Shown here: one piece after another, positions 53,373 to 64,000 of the stretch
Numbering within the stretch: position 1 is the first letter of the stretch
Layout of the letters: the number at the start of each line of letters is the position of its first letter
NCBI RefSeq assembly: GCF_006345805.1
Contig: NC_042997.1
Span: 15,934,001-15,998,000 of the forward strand
DNA from: Octopus sinensis
Lineage: Eukaryota
Direction of reading: 5' to 3'
Length of the DNA stretch: 64,000 nucleotides
Position numbers and translations under genes: made by a program
Notes under the pieces: generated by a model
What the model was told of the DNA's origin: nothing
The model's database searches: none
Seen by the model: the letters and a program-made list of their open reading frames with translations, nothing else

Positions 53373-54302
53373 CTTCTCAATAGTTAACCGTCGTTTGTAG
53401 AGTGTTGGAGATTAAACGCTGGGATAATATAATAAGATTGACAGACTTCTTTTTACTCCTTAACAATTGGGGTTACGATCAAGGTCCTACGTGAATAGTA
53501 TTCAACTTCGAAGTTAAAAGGGTTAGTAGGTTTCCAAAACGAAAGCATTTAAGTCAGTCAAGTTTTAAGTCTTCCAGCATACCTCAAGATAATCAAACTA
53601 TAAGATATTTTCTCCCTTTCCCTCTACCAACCTTTCTCACTTTCTATATCTATATTTCTCTGCTTGATTTCTCCAAACAATTCCGCTTTCTGTTGCCTTT
53701 TGAACCCTATTTGAAGAATTGAATATTATTTTTGCTCCACAGAACTATTTTTGCCCTAAAGCCTACATTTTAACGACACCTAATTCCATTTATCAGTTAG
53801 TAGACACCAACTTGTCAAATTCAAAAGTTATTGATCTATCTTTTTGTTTTTACTTTGTCAACATAGTAACTTAACGTATTATTTTCAGTATTGTGCAAAT
53901 AAATATATTGTTTCTACCCTCAAGCATAACGCATCGCACACAAACATACACGTACACAGATATTCGCATCCGTATGCACACTCATACAAGTACACATTCA
54001 TACAAACACATATGTGCAAAACTATCTCCTGTCTTCACGATATGGATTTCTTTTAAGTAGACATCAAACTTTTATAAGAGAAACAATGGTAAGATCGAGA
54101 TGTTCATTCTTCTCTCAAGGATGTTAACAGTTTAAATGGAGTGAAATGATTTCTTCCAAGAACTGAAACCAAACCTCGGCTGCAGCTATCTGTGAGCACA
54201 TACGAACCTCGTATCTCACTTCGTGGTTGTTTTAGAGCTATCACATTCATTCACTTCTTAAGAAAATATCCATATTCTCTTTTTAGTCTTGCAGCTTCAA
54301 TA

Positions 54303-54674
54303 TCTATTATCTAAAATCCATTCTGTCTGTCTGTCTGTCTGTATGTGTGTGTTCTAGGATCTCGGGCATCCTCCATCTGATTGCGCTCAAATTTGATATG
54401 TAGATACCGACGGTATCAGGGCGTGTATAAGTCTTGAAAAAATTACAAAAATCGATTCCAGTTGAGAATGCGATCGATAAAGCCGTGGGAACGTGCATTT
54501 GTACGCGCAAGTACATCAGTCGAAATCCGTCTTTTGCTGGTGTCTCAAATTTAGGTTAAATCAGTGTTTTTCAAAGGGGAGGCATATAGGACGGTCGGAC
54601 AAGCTATTTGAGAAAATTTGGTTTAAATGTTTGACAACTCAGCACCGTCCATTGGACAGGGGGCGTTTTGCTCG
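54303..54674 (+). mobile_element. Divergent non-autonomous Helitron-like element
   Basis: A|TC start then (TCTG)n; subterminal GTCCattGGAC hairpin; ends CTCG|T. Confidence 0.5.
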
Positions 54675-55142
54675 TAATATATATTACCAAATGTTCTAAT
54701 GCTGATGTAAGCACTACAAACCTTTGTTTAGTGATTCTATAAATGATTTAGAAAAAACAGATACAAAACCTTTGATGATTTCATTTTATTTCATGAGTAC
54801 TAAAGCAGTATAAATAACACGACATGCATTCAATCTGTAATTTTGACATCGTTTCACAAACATTGACAATGGCTGCGGATTTTACGCCAGCCTTAAAACG
54901 CTTTGCTAATATCCATTACTTTAAACAAAGAAGGCGTGATGGCAGAACAGTTAGCACGCTGGGTAAAATGCTTAGCGGCATTTTGTCCGTTCTCGGCGTT
55001 CTGAGTTCACATTCCGCCGAGGTCAACTTTGCTTTTTATCCTTTCCGGTTCGATAAAATAATTACAAGTGAAGCACTGGGGTCACTGTAATTTCAGGATC
55101 ATGATGGAACTCTGTGATTCTGTCTGTAATTGTGACGATAGT

Positions 55143-55527
55143 GGAGGCGCAATGGCCCAGTGGTTAGGGCAGCGGACTCGCGGTCGCAGGATCGCGGTTT
55201 CGATTCCCAGACCGGGCGTTGTGAGTGTTTATTGAGCGAAAACACCTAAAGCTCCACGAGGCTCCGGCAGGGATGGTGGTGATCCTTGCTATACTCTTTC
55301 ACCACAACTTTCTCTCACTCTTACTTCCTGTTTCTGTTGTACCTGTATTTCAAAGGGCCGGCCTTGTCACTCTCTGTGTTACGCTGAATATCCCCGAGAA
55401 CTACGTTAAGGGTACACGTGTCTGTGGAGTGCTCAGCCACTTGCGCGTTAATTTCACGAGCAGGCTGTTCCGTTGATCGGATCAATCGGAACCCTCGTCG
55501 TCGTAACCGACGAAGTGCTTCCACTCC
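55143..55527 (+). mobile_element. SINE group C (head 1 + tail 1)
   Basis: A box TGGCCCAGTGG, B box GTTTCGATTCC; 12-bp TSD aattgtgacgat at 55128 and 55528. Confidence 0.92.
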
Positions 55528-55769
55528 AATTGTGACGATGGAAACTGAATCAATGACTTGATTGGAAGACTGAACTGTCTGATCAATGCCCCAACCAGCC
55601 GCATCTGAGCCGCTTTGAATTGAGAAGGTTACTGCTTCAAAACTGTTTTCAATTTAATCAAATAACCATGCCTCATTAATTTGCCGGCCTCGTACCTGAA
55701 TTAGAAATTGTTTTGGTAATAGAATATCTTGATCGCCGAAATATAATCTTTTCTGTACTTGTAAGTTTA

Positions 55770-56158
55770 CTCTTACTCTTTTACTCTTTTACTTGTTTCA
55801 GTCATTTGACTGCGGCCATGCTGGAGCACCGCCGTTAGTCGAGCAAATCGACCCCGGGACTTATTCTTTGTAAGCCCAGTACTTATTCTATCGGTCTCTT
55901 TTGTCGAATCGCTAAGTGACGGGGACGTAAACACACCAGCATCGGTTGTCAAGCAATGCTAGGGGGACAAACACACACACACAAACACACACACATACAC
56001 ATATATACCAGTTTCCGTCTACCAAATCCACTCACAAGGCTTTGGTCGGCCCGGGGCTATAGCAGAAGACATTTTCCCAAGATGCCACGCAGTGGGACTG
56101 AACCCGGAACCATGTGGTTGGTTAGCAAGCTACTTACACACAGCCACTCCTGCGCCTA
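55770..56158 (-). mobile_element. SINE family A
   Basis: Matches the family. Confidence 0.9.
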
Positions 56159-58283
56159 TTTTGAACAATATTTTTTTTTGTTTATCTTTTGCTTGTTTAT
56201 CTTTTGAATTAAGATACCAGAATATATCTACCAGTGAGACCATTTCCAAAGTGTTCTTTTACCAAATGTTTGCAGCAATTACTATTATAAAAGGCTGGCA
56301 GAATCATTAAGGCGCCGGGTGCTACTGGAACTTAGTTTCTGCTGAGTATAGCGGAACAACATGAAATGAAGTGTGTTGTTCGGACCGACCGGTCCGAGAA
56401 TCGAACCATCAACCTAACGATCGTGAACCCAATACCTTTAACCATAAGGCTGGTATCTTTACCATAAAGCAAACTGACTTGTTCAAAATACACTATAGTT
56501 TTTAGATGATGCCCATACAGTACTTAGCCGTCAATGGAACTCCTTTCGTGATTCAAGAATTTTCTTTTAAACCTACCTTGAGGATCATTTTGGATGAAAC
56601 GAATTTCTATGAAATAGGTATACGAAAAGATTTTGTAGCACATTGTATTCTTGAATGCCTGATCATAAACTCTTCATTAATCCTTAGCAATACCTTTACA
56701 CACCCTCCTTAATATATATATATATACTCACCACAAATTGTGTGTGTTTAATATCTGTGCCGCTAATGTTTACTATTGTCTTTGTAACACCTGTATCAAA
56801 CAATGAATCAACAGAGGTCGTTTCACACACCTGTGCTATTGACTTTAACAATGAATTTGTCTCCATTTCAATAAATACAACTGAGTTTTAATAAAATAGT
56901 CATTTTAATCCTAACACCATCTGCATTGCTGTCTTAACTAAAGATTTTAATCAAATACTGCAGAACATGTAAAAGTTTGTTTGGCCGTAAAATTGTTTTA
57001 CCTACACAATAATTGTACACGAGTCAACGAAGGGGCCTTTTCGTCGTCACGCGACTTGCTAGAGATAACAGTCAAATTTCCTTGAATTATACCCAACGAC
57101 CACAAAAATGAAGAATGCACTGTCCGATAAAGATAATTTATGTTTATGAGGAAATAAAAATAATAAAAAAGCAACATCAGAACGTCTTTAATAATAGATC
57201 AGGTTCAATTTGGGGTTAATCAACACAACAGTAACAATAACAACTCTACTATCCGGTACAACCAGTCGTCACTTACAAGTGAATATGACTTAACAACAAG
57301 CATGATGCCTGTGTAGTCGCGAGCGAGCATAGACACTCTCTCGGGCTCCCTCGCCCCGGCGTGACACCCAGCGTGTGAGGTCGTGACACTTAGCTGAAGG
57401 AAGAAACGGTTACACCAGCACCGGTACTTGCTACAGCTGAGTAGAGTACACCAGCGCAAAATGAAGTGCCTTGCTCAAGGACACATCGCGCCGCCAAATT
57501 TAGGAATTGAATCTGCGACCTTAAGGTCATAATCAAAATATTCCTAAGCAATGGGCCACACGCTTTCACAACTCCAGGCTATTTTATAATGGTTTCGCTT
57601 TTAATTTCAAAGAGTTGCTGCTGAATATTTAGTCCGTCGCTTTTTAGTCGTGTTTTGTTAAAAGCAAAACTAAAATGATAAAGTAAAGTATAGAAGCCAT
57701 CTTATCATGGCTAACCACATTGGGGAGGGGGTGTTACTGTAGCTTTAAAGCCCCAAGAGATCTTTGTCTCTAGCTGGCTTTAGACACAATATCAGTGTCC
57801 TTGGAGTATTTGCAAAGGGAAGCCATCCCTTCCTCGCAAGCCTGAGTGATACGCTCGAATAAACTATTCCATTAATCATTGCAAGAATTATAATATTGAT
57901 TTCAAACTTTGGCACAAGGCCAATAAGTTCGGGGAGGGAGTAAGTCGAGTACATCGACCCCCACCTCTCAACTGGTACTTATTTTATCGACCCCGAAAGA
58001 ACGAAAGATAAAATCGGCCTCAGCAGAATATGTAAGAATTATGATATTGAATTCTTATATACTCACAAGGCCAGAATAAAAAGGGCAATATAAAAGAGAC
58101 AGTGGATTTAAATTAACCCAAATAATTGACTGGTACTTAATTATATCAATTCTGGAGGGATGAAAGGCAAAAATGATCTCGACAGAATTTAAACTTAGAA
58201 CGTAAAGTGCCGTATCAGTTACAGCCAGACATATCCGACGTTTTAATGATTCTGACAACCTTCTATAACAGTGATTGCATACA

Positions 58284-58679
58284 TCTTTATATATAAAAGT
58301 GAAGTTGTGTGTCTGTCTCCTACGATTTAGATTCCTAACTACTCCCACATTTTGCGGTGCAGATTAACCAAAACCGGGTATCTTATAGTCATGATTAATA
58401 TCGAGCCCTTCTGGGTATAAGCGCGCGTCTACGATGAGTCTACGATTTTAAAAATAATTTACCATCATTTTTTCCCATTTTAATTCATTTTTCGTTATTA
58501 TATAAGGGAAGTAACTCTCTAAAAAATGTCTACGATGAGTCAACGATTAAAAAAAAATTACCATCATTTTTTTTCCATTTTTAATGCATTTTTTTGCTAC
58601 TTTTTGGCTACAACTCTCTAAAAATGCTTATATAGTTATTTCCCTTACAAACCCGAGCAACGCCGGGCGATACTGCTAG
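58284..58679 (+). mobile_element. Non-autonomous Helitron, body A
   Basis: Near-identical to 12491-12886. Confidence 0.88.
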
Positions 58680-58732
58680 TATTTGATAAAAGAACACTAT
58701 GGAAATGGCCTTACTGGTAAGATATATTCTGG

Positions 58733-58909
58733 TATTCTGTTGTGTCTGGGGAGAGTCATTTTCTTTTTGTGCCTTATAATGTAACACACTCACCGGTAAA
58801 ATTTCCACTTATTTCTTATTTTCGTTTTCCTAAGTGGAAATTTTACCGGTGAGTGTGTTACGTTATAAGGCACAGAAAGAAAATGACTCTCCCCAGACAC
58901 AACAGAATA
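58733..58909. repeat. Foldback inverted repeat, 79-bp arms, 19-bp loop
   Basis: 58733-58811 vs 58831-58909, two differences. Confidence 0.95.
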
Positions 58910-59409
58910 TGCTTCAACACACGAACTCATATAAAGAATCTTGCAAACCAAATCCAAAAACGAAATATTCTGGTATCTTAATACAGCAAAGAATTTATTT
59001 CGGCGATCAAGAGATTCTATAATAATTATTTCTAATTCGGGTACAAAGCCGGCAAATTAATGAGGCATGGTTACCTGATTAAATCGAATACAGTAATTAG
59101 AAAAAAGCGGACGTCGGCGGAATTTGAACTTGGAACAAATAACATGAAACGTTTTGTCAACAGTTCTAACGATTCTGCCAGTCGACTATAGTATCGATTG
59201 GGTTACACAACTGAAAAAAGAGGTACTCATTTGGAAATGACTCCTGAAGTTATTTTCCCGTCGTCGGTAGGATTTAGGTTAAGAACAGAGATGTATCACA
59301 CGTCACAAGACATTTTTCCCGGCGTTTTTTTTTTTATTCTCTGTATTTATATTAACAGCAGTAACATTAGGGGAATTTAACTTTTTTGACGTTGTATCAC
59401 CTGTCATGT

Positions 59410-59670
59410 GGAGGCGCGTGGCTTAGTGGTTAGGGTGTCAGCATCATGATCGTAAGATTGTGGTTTCGATTCCTGGACCGGGCGACGCGTTGTGTTCTTG
59501 AGCAAAACACTTCATTTCACGTTGCTCCAGTCCACTCAGCTGGCAAAAATGAGTAACGCTGCGATGGACTGGCGTCCCGTCCAGCTGGAGAAACACATAC
59601 GCCATAGAAACCGGGAAACCGGGCCCATGAGCCCGGCTAGGCTTTAAAAGGGCGCATTTATTTATTATTT
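59410..59670 (+). mobile_element. SINE group C (head 2 + tail 2)
   Basis: tRNA-like head; TSD tatca(c/a)ctgtcat. Confidence 0.9.
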
Positions 59671-59990
59671 TATCAACTGTCATAGAAGAACTCTGGCACT
59701 GTTCGTCTTTCGAATATCATGTAATCAGCCTTGATAACAGTTTCCATCAGATACGACGACTCTTTAAAGGTTAAGATTAAGGGACAATTTTCAATCAGCT
59801 AAAGTACTGTTTCGCAAGCAAATAAATAACTGGCCCTCCATCGGTTACGACGAGGACTCCAATTGATCCGACCAACGGAACAGTCTGCGCGTGAAATTAA
59901 CATGTACCCTTACACAGACACGTGTGTATCCACCCTTAACATATTCTCAGGGAGATTCTGCGTGACATAGAATGTTTATTTGCCATATGT

Positions 59991-60316
59991 GAGGGCGCGT
60001 GGCTTAGTGGTTAGGCATTCGGCTCATGATCGTAAGGTTGTGAGTTCGATTCCCGGCGACGCGTTGTGTCCTTGAGCAAGACACTTTATTTCACGTTGCT
60101 CCAGTCCACTCTGCTGGCAAAAATGAGTTGTACTTGTATTTCAAAGGGTCAGCCTTGTCACTCTCTGTGTCACGCTGATTATCCCCGAGAACTACGTTAA
60201 GGGTACACGTGTCTGTGGAATGCTCAGCCATTTGCACGTTAATTTCACGAGCAAGCTGTTCCGTTGATCGTATCAGCTGGGACCCTCGTCGTCGTAACCG
60301 GCGGAGTCTTTTTTAA
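59991..60316 (+). mobile_element. SINE group C (head 2 + tail 1)
   Basis: tRNA-like head; TSD atttgccatat. Confidence 0.9.
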
Positions 60317-60600
60317 AAATTTGCCATATAAACGTGATAAACAAATAAATTGATAGCTAACAAGTGTTTCGTAATTTCTCTGAACTTATGTTACTCTCTT
60401 TTGAAGAATCTCTTGTTCTCCGTCCTCTGTGTTCACTCAATACAGTTGATCCCTACATTTTCCAAGCTCAATATTTATCCATACTAATCGACACCAATCC
60501 GTACAAACCATGAAGAGGACCTCTTAGTGTTCCGCGACTAGATAGAAATACCTGACAAATTTCCGATCAATCATAACTTCTATTCTTTATTAAGCGTCCC

Positions 60601-63600
60601 TTGTTGCACCGCACTTCGGTCTATACATTTCCTGACATGTTGTACAGCACATCGGTCTATCTGTTCCCACCATTTATTTGTACAGTAGTTTGGTCTATCC
60701 ACGCTGGTCTATCCATTCCTGGCACATTGTGCTGTCCGCTCCCACCATTTATTTGTACAGTAGTTTCGTCTGTCCACGTTGGTCTATCCATTCCTGGCAT
60801 GTTCTACAGCATATCGGTCTATCTCCTCCCACCATTTGTTTGTACAGCAGTTTGGTCTATCTACGTTGGTCTATCCATTCCTGGCATGTTCTACAGCACA
60901 TCGGTCTTTCTCCTCCCACCATTTATTTGTACAGTAGTTTCGTCTGTCCACGTTGGTCTATCCATTCCTGGCATGTTCTACAGCATATCGGTCTATCTCC
61001 TCCCACCATTTATTTGTACAGCAGTTTGGTCTATCTACGTTGGTCTATCCATTCCTGGCATGTTCTACAGCACATCGGTCTATCTCCTCCCACCATTTAT
61101 TTGTACAGTAGTTTCGTCTGTCCACGTTGGTCTATCCATTCCTGGCATGTTCTACAGTATATCGGTCTATCTCCTCCCACCATTTATTTGTACAGCAGTT
61201 TGGTCTATCTACGTTGGTCTATCCATTCCTGGCATGTTCTACAGCACATCGGTCTATCTCCTCCCACCATTTATTTGTACAGTAGTTTCGTCTGTCCACG
61301 TTGGTCTATCCATTCCTGGCATGTTCTACAGCATATCGGTCTATCTCCTCCCACCATTTATTTGTACAGCAGTTTGGTCTATCTACGTTGGTCTATCCAT
61401 TCCTGGCATGTTCTACAGCACATCGGTCTTTCAGCTCCCACCATTTATTTGTACAGTAGTTTCGTCTGTCCACGTTGGTCTATCCATTCCTGGCATGTTC
61501 TACAGCACATCGGTCTTTCTCCTCCCACCATTTGTTTGTACAGCAGTTTGGTTTATCTACGTTGGTCTATCCATTCCTGGGATGTTCTACAGCATATCGG
61601 TCTATCTCCTCCCACCATTTGTTGTACAGCAGTTTGGTCTATCTACGTTGGTCTATCCATTTCTGGCATGTTCTACAGCATATCGGTCTATCTCCTCCCA
61701 CCATTTGTTTGTACAGCAGTTTGGTCTATCTACGTTGGTCTATCCATTCCTGGCATGTTCTACAGCACATCGGTCTTTCTCCTCCCACCATTTGTTTGTA
61801 CAGCAGTTTGGTCTATCTACGTTGGTCTATCCATTCCTGGGATGTTCTACAGCATATCGGTCTATCTCCTCCCACCATTTGTTTGTACAGCAGTTTGGTC
61901 TATCTACGTTGGTCTATCCATTTCTGGCATGTTCTACAGCATATCGGTCTATCTCCTCCCACCATTTGTTTGTACAGCAGTTTGGTCTATCTACGTTGGT
62001 CTATCCATTCCTGGCATGTTCTACAGCACATCGGTCTTTCTCCTCCCACCATTTGTTTGTACAGCAGTTTGGTCTATCTACGTTGGTCTATCCATTCCTG
62101 GGATGTTCTACAGCATATCGGTCTATCTCCTCCCACCATTTGTTTGTACAGCAGTTTGGTCTATCTACGTTGGTCTATCCATTTCTGGCATGTTCTACAG
62201 CATATCGGTCTATCTCCTCCCACCATTTGTTTGTACAGCAGTTTGGTCTATCTACGTTGGTCTATCCATTCCTGGGATGTTCTACAGCACATCGGTCTTT
62301 CTCCTTCCACCATTTGTTTGTACAGCAGTTTGGTCTATCTACGTTGGTCTATCCATTCCTGGGATGTTCTACAGCATATCGGTCTATCTCCTCCTACCAT
62401 TTGTTTGTACAGCAGTTTGGTCTATCTACGTTGGTCTATCCATTCCTGGCATGTTCTACAGCATATCGGTCTATCTCCTCCCACCATTTGTTTGTACAGC
62501 AGTTTGGTCTATCTACATTGGTCTATCCATTTCTGGCATGTTCTACAGCATATCGGTCTATCTCCTCCCATCATTTGTTTGTACAGCAGTTTGGTCTATC
62601 TACGTTGGTCTATCCATTCCTGGCATGTTCTACAGCATATCGGTCTATCTCCTCCCACCATTTATTTGTACAGCAGTTTGGTCTATCTACGTTGGTCTAT
62701 CCATTCCTGGCATGTTCTACAGTATATCGGTCTATCTCCTCCCACTATTTATTTGTACAGCAGTTTGGTCTATCTACGTTGGTCTATCCATTCCTGGCAT
62801 GTTCTACAGTATATCGGTCTATCTCCTCCCACCATTTATTTGTACAGTAGCTTGGTCTATCTACGTTGGTCTATCCATTCCTGGCATGTTCTACAGCATA
62901 TCAATCTATCTCCTCCCACCATTTGTTTGTACAGCAGTTTGGTCTATCTACGTTGGTCTATCCATTCCTGGCATATTCTCCAGCATATCGGTCTATCTCC
63001 TCCCACTATTTATTTGTACAGTAGTTTGGTCTATCTACGGTGGTCTATCCATTCCTGGCATGTTCTACAGCATATTGGTCTATCTCCTCCCACCATTTAT
63101 TTCTACATCAGTTTGGTCTATCTACGTTGGTCTATCCATTCCTGGGATGTTCTACAGCATATCGGTCTATCTCCTCCCACCATTTGTTTGTACAGCAGTT
63201 TGGTCTATCTACGTTGGTCTATCCATTCCTGGCATGTTCTACAGCATATCGGTCTATCTCCTCCCACCATCTGTTTGTACAGCAGTTTGGTCTATCTACG
63301 TTGGTCTATCCATTCCTGGCATGTTCTACAGCATATCGGTCTATCTCCTCCCACCATTTATTTGTACAGCAGTTTGGTCTATCTACGTTGGTCTATCCAT
63401 TCCTGGCATGTTCTACAGCATATCGGTCTATCTCCTCCCACCATTTATTTGTACAGCAGTTTGGTCTATCCATTCCTGGCATGTTCTACAGCATATCGGT
63501 TATCTCCTCCCACCATTTATTTGTACAGCAGTTTGGTCTATCTACGTTGGTCTATCCATTCCTGGCATGTTCAACAGTATATCGGTCTATCTCCTCCCAC

Positions 63601-64000
63601 CATTTATTTGTTCAGCAGTTTGGTCTATCCATTCCTGGCATGTTCTACAGCATATCGGTTTATCTCCTCCCACCATTTATTTGTACAGCAGTTTGGTCTA
63701 TCCATTCCTGGCATGTTCTACAGCATATCGGTTCATCTCCTCCCACCATTTATTTGTACAGCAGTTTGGTCTATCTACGTTGGTCTATCCATTCCTGGCA
63801 TGTTCTACAGCATATCGGTCTATCTCCTCCCACCATTTATTTGTACAGCAGTTTGGTCTATCTACGCTGGTCTATCCATTCCTGGCATGTTCTACAGTAT
63901 ATCGGTCTATCTCCTCCCACCATTTATTTGTACATCAGTTTGGTCTATCTACGTTGGTCTATCCATCCTGGCATGTTCTACAGTATATCGGTCTATCTCC
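60601..64000. repeat. 87-bp satellite, ~39 units, runs off the window end
   Basis: Unit ggtctatccattcctggcatgttctacagcatatc-ggtctatctcctcccaccatttatttgtacagcagttt-ggtctatctacgtt. Confidence 0.97.

Noticed and set aside
55143-55215. tRNA gene
   Set aside because: tRNA-like head continues into the SINE body and is enclosed by a TSD
60601-62850. 749-aa ORF with 29-aa repeats
   Set aside because: The satellite consensus has no stop in any plus frame; TTG start; frame switches at ~61621; period is 87 bp, not the 84 bp of C2H2 zinc fingers, and no finger motif
60601-64000. CRISPR-like array or ribozyme satellite
   Set aside because: No unique spacers and no hammerhead core seen on either strand

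Overview
AT-rich, repeat-saturated eukaryotic non-coding DNA, most likely an Octopus intron or intergenic region (inferred from the SINE families and the microsatellite load). No intact host gene can be supported; the ORF track is almost all microsatellite, SINE or satellite artefact. Content: three tRNA-derived SINE groups, non-autonomous Helitrons, MITEs, decayed CR1, Tx1, mariner and Penelope coding remnants, and an 87-bp satellite at the right end. Main signal: a cluster at about 35.8-48.5 kb of small Penelope-type or retrozyme-like elements inserted in (TA)n tracts, carrying 12 minimal type I hammerhead-like motifs. Their catalytic cores include canonical C3-G8, compensatory U3-A8 and G3-C8 swaps, and an A6U variant. 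The largest is a 2-kb palindrome of about 360-bp hammerhead-bearing tandem units. All folds were read by eye; nothing was computed.
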